In this document: piece by piece, positions 9,901 to 17,305 of the stretch
How positions within the stretch are numbered: position 1 is the first letter of the stretch
How the letters are laid out: each line of letters begins with the position of its first letter
IMG/VR virus record: IMGVR_UViG_3300046542_000074
Span: 1 to 64,000 of that record
DNA from: a virus
DNA length: 64,000 nucleotides
Strand: one strand, 5' to 3'
Notes under the pieces: model-generated
Database searches by the model: none
The model's input: the letters and a program-made list of their open reading frames with translations, nothing else
What the model was told of the DNA's origin: nothing
Made by a program: the position numbers and the translations under genes

Positions 9901-9989
9901 GGAATTTTATAGTTTAGCCTGTTGACACTGACAGGCTAAGCCGGTAAGATTCTTTTCACTGAAACATAAACTAAATCAGGAATATTCAA

Positions 9990-10313
9990 ATGGCCACTAT
10001 GTCCGACGTTGCAAAGAAAGTTGTAGCTGACTCGATTGACATGGATTATGTGAAAGAGTGCGGACACACCACAGTATCAGAAGTTTATAAAGCTGAGTTC
10101 GGCTGGCGTGGGCTTACCCCACAAGCGTGCAAGGATTACTTGCAAGGGTTGCCAAGTGTTTGCTCTGTTCCATTCTGGAATAATGAGATTCTTGAAATAC
10201 TGGCGAAGGATGGTATCACACGCAAAACAGATAAGGCGCAGTCTACCCTTATCGATCAATATTGGATAGCTTGTGGTTGCGAACTGTACAAGATCATCAA
10301 GCGCGGGGGTTAA
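9990..10313 (+). CDS. early hypothetical protein
   Basis: Own promoter 9922. Confidence 0.75.
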   Translation: MATMSDVAKKVVADSIDMDYVKECGHTTVSEVYKAEFGWRGLTPQACKDYLQGLPSVCSVPFWNNEILEILAKDGITRKTDKAQSTLIDQYWIACGCELYKIIKRGG

Positions 10314-10315
10314 GT

Positions 10316-10576
10316 ATGGCTAGACCACCAAACAAGGAGACCAACGTAATACGCGAGCTTGTATCAGGTTGGCTATCACGAACAACACTCAAGAGCTTTA
10401 CAGTTCCTACGCTGTTACACGAGCTTGATTCGTTGCTGAGTATATACAAGTGTCTTGACCTGAGTAAATGCCTCTCTAACGACTTGATGCGCCGTGAGCG
10501 CGCAGGGATGCTCAAGTCTGAGCTAGGCGAGCCTGTAGGCGTTGGGCGTCCTCCTAGAGTCTATAGCCGGCTTTGA
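10316..10576 (+). CDS. putative winged-helix protein, paralog of 7187-7489
   Basis: MARPPNK N-terminus, GVGRPPRVY wing motif. Confidence 0.65.
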   Translation: MARPPNKETNVIRELVSGWLSRTTLKSFTVPTLLHELDSLLSIYKCLDLSKCLSNDLMRRERAGMLKSELGEPVGVGRPPRVYSRL

Positions 10577-10668
10577 AATAAACTAAAATAGTTGTTGACG
10601 GTGTGAATCAATGCTGTAGAATGGGCGTCAAGAAGGGAGAAACAGATTCTCCCAAAGGAGATACGAAT

Positions 10669-10875
10669 ATGACCACATTGACTCTTGAACTGGAAAACGG
10701 CAAATCCACTAACGTTATCGTTGGTGCCAAAACAGCGCCGAACATTCGTGAAGCGTTGTTGACAGCGTGCAAGTGCCTTGGTTACAATGGGGTAACAAGT
10801 GGCTACTGTGACGCCTCTACACTGTATCAAAACGGTGTGGTTAAGCTCAAAGGTGCAAAGGCTTACATTAGCTGA
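10669..10875 (+). CDS. early hypothetical protein
   Basis: AAGGAG SD, ATG at 10669. Confidence 0.7.
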   Translation: MTTLTLELENGKSTNVIVGAKTAPNIREALLTACKCLGYNGVTSGYCDASTLYQNGVVKLKGAKAYIS

Positions 10876-11101
10876 CACCATACGACAAAAGCCCCTTAAA
10901 TGGGGCTGAGTCAGTAGAAGACAACCAACTTTATAGGTGTTATCATGTTAACCAAAGAACAACAAGAAGCCATGCGATTGCTAGAAGAAGCAATTAAAGA
11001 AGCAACAAACACAGGATTATTTGACAAACTAGCAGAAGAACACGAAACGAACGCTAATACAATCAACCGCTTTTGTGACTTGATCCAAGGGGTTTAATAA
11101 A

Positions 11102-11353
11102 ATGTCAGTCTTCGCAACTATCGCTGTAGTGTGTACCCTTGCAACTTGCAGTGATTACGTTATCGACACGGCTCAAACAGTGACAGATGCGAACATAAAT
11201 ACACATGTTCAAGATGAGCGGTTTCTGTCGCTTTGGGGCGATGAAAAGTTGTTGACAGACTGGCTAGACGAATTTAAGATTGGTGAAACGGTTTTCGAGA
11301 TCGTTTCCCTTGAATTTGAAACTAAAGAAATAACTGAGGATGATGCGCCGTGA
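11102..11353 (+). CDS. early protein with hydrophobic N-terminus
   Basis: MSVFATIAVVCTLATC, acidic remainder. Confidence 0.65.
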   Translation: MSVFATIAVVCTLATCSDYVIDTAQTVTDANINTHVQDERFLSLWGDEKLLTDWLDEFKIGETVFEIVSLEFETKEITEDDAP

Positions 11354-11607
11354 CTAGTATGAATGACAACCCTATTCACCAGCATGATTGCGAACGGTGT
11401 GTTTTCCTTGGTAGCTTTAACGGTGAGGACTTGTATTACTGCCCGACCTATGATAAATCCTTTCCGAAGGGTTGGACATTGATTAGTCGTTTCGGCATAC
11501 ATGGCGATTATTGTTCCGGTGGTTGGAAAACGGGACACCCTCAAATGCTTGAAGCGCGCCGACGTGCTGTAGAGCGCGGGTTTATTAAGTTTGACGAATA
11601 CACTTAA
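11350..11607 (+). CDS. early Cys/His protein (HDCERC, DLYYC)
   Basis: Overlapping GTG start. Confidence 0.7.
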   Translation: MTSMNDNPIHQHDCERCVFLGSFNGEDLYYCPTYDKSFPKGWTLISRFGIHGDYCSGGWKTGHPQMLEARRRAVERGFIKFDEYT

Positions 11608-11617
11608 AGGTGACGAC

Positions 11618-11830
11618 ATGAAAACCCTACACTTGACCGATGAACAACACGAAGCTTTAACAACCCTGCTAACTGGCGGATGCACTGGTAGCGCTTTGAT
11701 TAAGCTTGGTTTGGTTGACTTGCAAAAGTTTCTCCGGTGTCAATATGCTGATGTTTACAAGACCAGTGAAGACACCCGACCAGACTTGAAACGACTAAGC
11801 GACTACGGCTGTTACAACACTGTTAAATAA
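11618..11830 (+). CDS. early hypothetical protein; N-terminus similar to 5639-5824
   Basis: MKTLHLTDEQH vs MKTLTLTDAQH. Confidence 0.65.
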   Translation: MKTLHLTDEQHEALTTLLTGGCTGSALIKLGLVDLQKFLRCQYADVYKTSEDTRPDLKRLSDYGCYNTVK

Positions 11831-11848
11831 GTCTGAAAAGAGTACACC

Positions 11849-11870
11849 GCCCCGCTTGACGGGGCTTTTT
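11849..11870 (+). terminator. intrinsic terminator overlapping a -35 box
   Basis: gccccg-cttga-cggggc-ttttt. Confidence 0.75.
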
Positions 11871-12205
11871 CATGTCTGTAGAATCGTGTTCATGGTGATC
11901 GTTATCACTCAGGTGTTAGGTTTAGCACGAGACAAACAGGGAGGGTGGTCGTCATTCCTGAGTGGTTATTAAAACCAATTTCATTATTCCAAAATAGATG
12001 TAGACATGGATATTCATTCCTGTACAATGAACCCATCGAAACAAACAACAGGGAACACGGACATGACTATTCAACACGCTGTAAAGCAAGCCCGCTCTTG
12101 GAATCAATCAATGGTTCTAGCTATTCGGCTCGGTGGTCTTCCTGCAACTGTCTTGGCTATGCGTAGTCGTCGTAACTACTACATGAACATTGCAAGGGGT
12201 TGATC

Positions 12206-12562
12206 ATGAAAAAGAATATCTGGAAATTCACCAGCGAAGAAAAGAAAGCAATCCGCGCCTTCGCATTGAAAGCTACTGGTCTAGGTCGTGTGAGTTTGCA
12301 ACCCGGTCAGCGTGTGTCTACCGTCAATCATGATTTACCTAAATCTGTCAACGGTTTATTGGTTGATGATATGGAACAAAGCAAGTCAGACCTATGGAGT
12401 CAAGAAGATTGGGCAACCACTTGCAAAGGTGTGGAACTGACGACCGATGGTCAGGCATTGATTGACATTTACGTCTATAGTGTGGGTGAAGACGGACAAC
12501 TTGAAACGAATATCGGTGTTTATTATGCCGATGGAAAGATTCAAAGAATCTTCAATAATTGA
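12206..12562 (+). CDS. early hypothetical protein
   Basis: About 118-aa ORF. Confidence 0.7.
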   Translation: MKKNIWKFTSEEKKAIRAFALKATGLGRVSLQPGQRVSTVNHDLPKSVNGLLVDDMEQSKSDLWSQEDWATTCKGVELTTDGQALIDIYVYSVGEDGQLETNIGVYYADGKIQRIFNN

Positions 12563-12648
12563 AAAATAGTTGTTGACCTGTTTTCTAGATACTGTAGAAT
12601 GACAGACATAGGGAAGCAAAACAGCTTCCCAAAACCAAAGGTGACAGC

Positions 12649-13116
12649 ATGAACGTAATGGCCGAAGCTCACAAACGCACTAAAGCATTCATCGCTAAAG
12701 GTAGTTGCTTGATGACTTATGCCGCTGTATTACGTGTAACCTTGCGTCACTGTCATAGTGAGAACAAAGCCATGCAACTGACTAAAGATCAAGAGAAAGC
12801 CCTCGCAATTAAACATTTTGAAGATGCCATTGCTGGCACTCTGGAACACTTCGAAAAACTCGGCGTAAACGACTACTACATTGCAGTTGAGAATAATGCT
12901 CAATTGAACGACTACACAATTCTGGCTCACAAGGTGGTCGGTGACACTAGTTCGGCGTTGGGTTGGTCGAACTATACTGGTGCGTTGATCACCAACGGCA
13001 AACAAGCTGACGAATATGTCAAGTCATATCCGGGTGTTATCAAGCTTCACGCTCAAACCTACTTATCTAAAGTGTTGGACTCTTTCCGCGACAATCTGGA
13101 AAAGATCCAAAAATAA
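12649..13116 (+). CDS. early hypothetical protein
   Basis: Own promoter 12573. Confidence 0.75.
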   Translation: MNVMAEAHKRTKAFIAKGSCLMTYAAVLRVTLRHCHSENKAMQLTKDQEKALAIKHFEDAIAGTLEHFEKLGVNDYYIAVENNAQLNDYTILAHKVVGDTSSALGWSNYTGALITNGKQADEYVKSYPGVIKLHAQTYLSKVLDSFRDNLEKIQK

Positions 13117-13191
13117 ACTAAAATAAGTGTTGTACAAGGGGCATTGCTGGTGATAGAATGCTCCTACACCAACACGAAAGAGGCTTTCAAA

Positions 13192-13379
13192 ATGGCTAAG
13201 CGTAGAATCCACACTTACAACAACAACGGAAAACAGCCAAGGTTTATCGCAATGCCGAGTTTGATGAATATGAGGTGCGTTTCTCGGTGTTTGGTGAAGA
13301 CCTTCCCGATGCCGATTATTTCACCAACGATAAGCAAGATGCAATAGAAACCGCCAATCGTTGGATCAACGAAGAATAA
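13192..13379 (+). pseudogene. early gene split by a -1 frameshift at A4 (13230-13233)
   Basis: MAKRRIHTYNNNGK continues in the -1 frame as TAKVYRNAEFDEYEVRF...DYFTNDKQDAIETANRWINEE*, ending at the next promoter. Confidence 0.55.
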
Positions 13380-13455
13380 TCTAAAATAAATGTTGTAAGG
13401 AGTATTGGTAGTCTGTACAATACTCCCATACCCAAACGAAACGGAGTTTTCTAAA

Positions 13456-13650
13456 ATGTTGAACATTCTGACTAAATCGGTTTATGTCCTCCTTACCATC
13501 TTGACCATCATTGTTGTTATTCCCGGTTTCGTCACTGTTGTCGGTTTCGCATTTGCTGTAATTTCCAATAGTGTGTTTGGTGTTGATAATTCTGAAATTG
13601 TTATCAAGGTTGTTAATTACATTTGGCGCTTGTATGGTATCATCCAATAA
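13456..13650 (+). CDS. small membrane protein
   Basis: Long hydrophobic stretch; own promoter. Confidence 0.65.
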   Translation: MLNILTKSVYVLLTILTIIVVIPGFVTVVGFAFAVISNSVFGVDNSEIVIKVVNYIWRLYGIIQ

Positions 13651-13691
13651 GTTATAATCACCACACAGACAACGTAAGAGAGTTTTCTAAA

Positions 13692-13904
13692 ATGCGTACA
13701 TTCCAAGTAATCTTTCTGGTGATCCTATCCTTTGTATTGGTTGGTGTGTATGCGCCAATTGTTGCCGACCATTACAAATCTGTATCGTCAAAAGCAATGG
13801 CTGCTAAGTATGAAGCTGACAAAAAACAACGTTTGATCGAAGCTTGTGCAACTGGTAAAACTTCGCATATCATGTACAATGGCAAAGTTTGCAAAGGGAA
13901 CTAA
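13692..13904 (+). CDS. small membrane-anchored protein
   Basis: N-terminal TM; leader GAGTTTTCTAAAATG shared with 13456. Confidence 0.65.
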   Translation: MRTFQVIFLVILSFVLVGVYAPIVADHYKSVSSKAMAAKYEADKKQRLIEACATGKTSHIMYNGKVCKGN

Positions 13905-13909
13905 CCACC

Positions 13910-14281
13910 ATGTCCTACAAAGACCTTGAAGCCGAAATTAAAGCATGGGCAAACCTTGAAGCCTACGCGAAGAAACAAAAGGAAGACACCGAAGAAGCAC
14001 GCCGCAAAGCTAAACGTGACAAGCGTGCAAAGAAACAAGGTAAAGGCGTGCTAGTGGCTAAACGTCCGGCTCCTACACTGGCAAAGCCTATCAAGACGTT
14101 TAAGGATGTTACGCTTGAAGTGCGGCCTATTCACCATCGCAAATGGGGTGATATTGAGCAAGTGACGTATACAGTCGAAACTATGTCTGATACAGTGGCA
14201 GAAGTGGAAGCCATTAAGCAAGCAAGGCTAGACGGTTACAGCTTTGATTGTGTGGTAACTATCAAAACAACCGAGGAATAA
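13910..14281 (+). CDS. early basic hypothetical protein
   Basis: K/R-rich central segment. Confidence 0.7.
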   Translation: MSYKDLEAEIKAWANLEAYAKKQKEDTEEARRKAKRDKRAKKQGKGVLVAKRPAPTLAKPIKTFKDVTLEVRPIHHRKWGDIEQVTYTVETMSDTVAEVEAIKQARLDGYSFDCVVTIKTTEE

Positions 14282-14283
14282 TC

Positions 14284-14454
14284 ATGGGAACTAAAAACGT
14301 ATATGTAGTGATCCCGCGCGCTGTAAATGCTGAGACTAGATACTCAGTTCACAACAAGTCAGAAGCTAAAGGGAAACAGTTTGTTGCTCAGTTTGTGCGA
14401 CAGGCTGATGCATATGATTTTATTGATATGCTTGAGGCTAAAGAACGAAAATGA
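14284..14454 (+). CDS. early hypothetical protein
   Basis: GAGG SD. Confidence 0.6.
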   Translation: MGTKNVYVVIPRAVNAETRYSVHNKSEAKGKQFVAQFVRQADAYDFIDMLEAKERK

Positions 14455-14633
14455 GTAAGCATTGGATACTGACCCGCGACCTGATGCAAACCATCATAAC
14501 CAACCTAGACACCAATCGAATGACACTCAAGGCTGCAAAGCTTTATTATCTGGCGTATGGTGTTGAGGTGAAAGGGAGATCAAAAGAGCAATTCATTCGG
14601 AACCTTTGCAAACTAGTAGATCAAGCCCCTTGA
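14451..14633 (+). CDS. early hypothetical protein
   Basis: ATGA overlap. Confidence 0.6.
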   Translation: MSKHWILTRDLMQTIITNLDTNRMTLKAAKLYYLAYGVEVKGRSKEQFIRNLCKLVDQAP

Positions 14634-14648
14634 ATGGGGCTTTTCTTT
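14623..14648 (+). terminator. intrinsic terminator
   Basis: agcccc-ttgaat-ggggct-tttcttt, identical core to 16242. Confidence 0.8.
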
Positions 14649-14956
14649 GTCTAAAATAAATGTAGACACTGATATAAATTCTTTGCTATAGTACAAATAC
14701 CGGTGAGGATCGGAGGCAATCACCGAAGCTGCCTGAGATTTAACGTTGGCACGTTATTTTCCCACAACAAATGCAAATGTTGGCATGAAAAGTGGCACGC
14801 TGTTTTAAACTAAAAGACATAGCAGTGTGAAGCTAGAATTTATCGTTGCTGTAATCGCGTTATAGAGCCTTACAGAGCATTGAAAATAATTGTTGTATCG
14901 TTGATTGTTTATTGATAGAATACCCTCACGGAAACGAACTAACAAAGGTGTTTATC

Positions 14957-15352
14957 ATGTCGCACGTATTCACAGAAGCCGGTCTAGGTCAAGCCCCATT
15001 CAAAGTTGTCGGTTTCACTGAAAAGAGCACAGGTTGCGCCTTTTGTGGTCGTGCAATTCAAAAGGTTTGCATTGTCAAGAGTGCTGATGGTATCCGCTCT
15101 AACATTGGTTGCGATTGTGTCAAGAAGACCGGCGACAAAGGTTTGATAGCTGGTGAAAAGGTAGCAATTAGCAATTTCAAACGTGCGGCAAAAGTCAAGA
15201 TTCAAATGGATAAATACTTTGATGTAATGGTTGCAAAGTGGGGCGAGCATGAATACCTTGATCCCACTATTGACAAGAGCGATAAAGAAGCCTTCTTGAA
15301 AGACATGGAACGTTTGATGAAAGAAGTGGTGAATGAGTCGAATCAGTATTAA
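14957..15352 (+). CDS. putative Zn-binding early protein
   Basis: CAFCGRAI ... IGCDCV. Confidence 0.7.
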   Translation: MSHVFTEAGLGQAPFKVVGFTEKSTGCAFCGRAIQKVCIVKSADGIRSNIGCDCVKKTGDKGLIAGEKVAISNFKRAAKVKIQMDKYFDVMVAKWGEHEYLDPTIDKSDKEAFLKDMERLMKEVVNESNQY

Positions 15353-15683
15353 TAAACTAAAATAGGTGTTGTACTGGTGAGTAATCACTGGTACAATGCT
15401 TTCACACCAAGCCGAAAGGCTTAACCCTCCTGATAACGAGCAAAGAAAATGACTTCAGTTAACGAAAATCACGAACTAATCAAACAAGCTTGTGACAAGG
15501 TAATGAAAGATGCCGACGAATATGGCTATGATTGTGACTTGAACGCCTTTCATCTGCAATTGATGCTTGACGTTTTGTCAACAAGGGTATGTCGCCTAAT
15601 GAAATTGTCAGTGAAATGAAAGCGGGTGGCGATACTAACGCAGCTTTCTGGTTTGTGATTAATCGTTAATTGAGGGTTGACAA

Positions 15684-15962
15684 ATGAAACACACTCAAGC
15701 CGAACTAAACAAAGCTTTTGAAGAAGGCAAGCAAGCGGCTCTTGCTGGTTCAAAGCGCACACTAGCCAACCCATACACGAACTGGGAACTTTACACAGCC
15801 TTTAATAATGGATGGAAAGAAGGCTTGACACTGGCCAGTAATGAGCGCCTAATCGTTGCCCTCAAACGTGCGTTTAGTGTGGCAAAGAATGAGTCAACCC
15901 TTGACTTTGAAGAGATTCAATTGATCGAACAACACATTGAAAAGCTGGAGCATGGGGAATAA
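15684..15962 (+). CDS. early hypothetical protein
   Basis: GAGG SD; NPY...GW motif. Confidence 0.7.
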   Translation: MKHTQAELNKAFEEGKQAALAGSKRTLANPYTNWELYTAFNNGWKEGLTLASNERLIVALKRAFSVAKNESTLDFEEIQLIEQHIEKLEHGE

Positions 15963-15964
15963 TC

Positions 15965-16219
15965 ATGGGAAAGACAATCAATATAACAACTTTGTCAAGC
16001 ACTCTTGACCTAGCAGAATGCACCGATGGCTTTTGGTTGTATGATAAGACCCGAGGCATGAATCTATCAATGCGTGCCAAGTCTGAACAGGCGGCATTTG
16101 TAGAAGCCTTGACCTATTATCAAGATCGTTTGTCAAGGGTAGAACGTGAATTAAAGGACTTGACTTCTAAGGTTGATGTATTCGTTTCTCAATTCACAGA
16201 TAACGAAGACGATGATTAA
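15965..16219 (+). CDS. early hypothetical protein
   Basis: Last gene before terminator. Confidence 0.7.
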   Translation: MGKTINITTLSSTLDLAECTDGFWLYDKTRGMNLSMRAKSEQAAFVEALTYYQDRLSRVERELKDLTSKVDVFVSQFTDNEDDD

Positions 16220-16241
16220 TTAGTTGACATTCACTGAAAAC

Positions 16242-16267
16242 AGCCCCTTGAATGGGGCTTTCTTTTG
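16242..16267 (+). terminator. intrinsic terminator ending the early block
   Basis: agcccc-ttgaat-ggggct-tttctttt. Confidence 0.85.
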
Positions 16268-16269
16268 CC

Positions 16270-17255
16270 TGAAATTTGACCGATTGACATAGTACTATAT
16301 TCAGTGCCATGCACTGGACAATATACGCTCTTGATCTTGATCGATCAAAAGACCACCACTAGGCTAACGCCTAGCACAAAACAAATAAAAAGAAAACAAC
16401 ACAATACAAAGCCTTTGCTTTGCTCTTGCCCTTTCTTCACATGGAACATGTGGAACAATTAACCACTTGAAAACAAGCCTCATATCAGGCACTTGTGCCT
16501 AGCCATACCCTATCCTGTACCCTGTACAGAACCCATCCTATTCAGTGCCATGCACTGTCCTATGCCCTCATATTCGTTTATGCAATAAACATCTAAGCCT
16601 TTAGTTTATTGGCTTTGCCAATGAGATACGCTCTTAATTCCTGAGCATCGCTCAGAATATCATTCTATTCTGTGATACTATACTTTTCCCCTTTGCGCAG
16701 TATACCGGAGGGATGCTAAGCAACTATCTCTAACTATCCCATATAATGGGATGAATGTTTATCGAATCTGAATAGATTCAAACTATTAATACCCTATCTT
16801 CGATAGGAAATATCAATTAGCATCTGCATTGCAGATAATGTACTATCTATGTCATAGGTGAAGTATCCGCTCCAATTCGGAGCGAGAATATTTATTTGAC
16901 AAACTCATCTATCTCTGATTCGCACCCTATATACAGGGTAGTGCGCACTTCGCATATTGGCTATTATGTTAAATCGATAGCCTAACTCACATCCCCATTC
17001 CAATGTCAAGCATTAACTCTCATTGAATCTCTCAATGGATAACCGATTCCTAATAGATAGATATCCCCTATCGGATTTCAGGATCTAATAGAGTGGGTCT
17101 ATCGGCCAGAGGCAGGGGCGTCAAGCCCTATTCCTGAGTAGCAGCATATATTGCCCAATATATGGGATTCTTGAGGTACACGGATTTCCAAGTAACTGAA
17201 ATCCAAGTTTGTAAAATTCGGGGAATTGGAATTTCCGGGGATTCAGTTTTCTACA
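16270..17255. other. about 1 kb non-coding region rich in palindromes and repeats (candidate genome end, packaging or injection signal)
   Basis: TATTCAGTGCCATGCACTG x2, ATACGCTCTT x2, many short IRs, NATAG-N7-CTATN sites; lies between convergent terminators. Confidence 0.6.
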
Positions 17256-17259
17256 GACG

Positions 17260-17284
17260 AAAGAAAGCCCACACAAGGTGGGCA
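17260..17284 (-). terminator. intrinsic terminator (minus strand)
   Basis: gcccac-cttgt-gtgggc-tttcttt on minus. Confidence 0.75.
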
Positions 17285-17305
17285 AAGTCCGTGTATAGTG
17301 TTTTA

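Larger units (their letters stand above)
5576..15397 (+). promoter_or_regulatory. family of about 19 repeated early promoter cassettes (A-rich UP element, TTGACN/TTGTAN/TAGACA, 16-18 bp spacer, TAGAAT/TACAAT)
   Basis: -35 boxes at 5576, 6162, 6744, 7486, 7783, 8388, 8886, 9269, 9487, 9922, 10595, 11856, 12001, 12573, 13130, 13393, 14663, 14893, 15369; most are preceded by AAATAAA/CTAAAATA. Confidence 0.85.

Noticed and set aside
5570-15400. Recurrent intergenic repeats as a CRISPR array or integron attC cassettes
   Set aside because: Repeats are degenerate promoter boxes separated by genes of variable length; no constant repeat-spacer period, no attC R'/R'' boxes and no cas or integrase gene
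15449-15669. Possible second frameshifted early gene
   Set aside because: An alternative frame (RFVNKGMSPNEIV...) looks plausible, but no junction can be fixed without homologues
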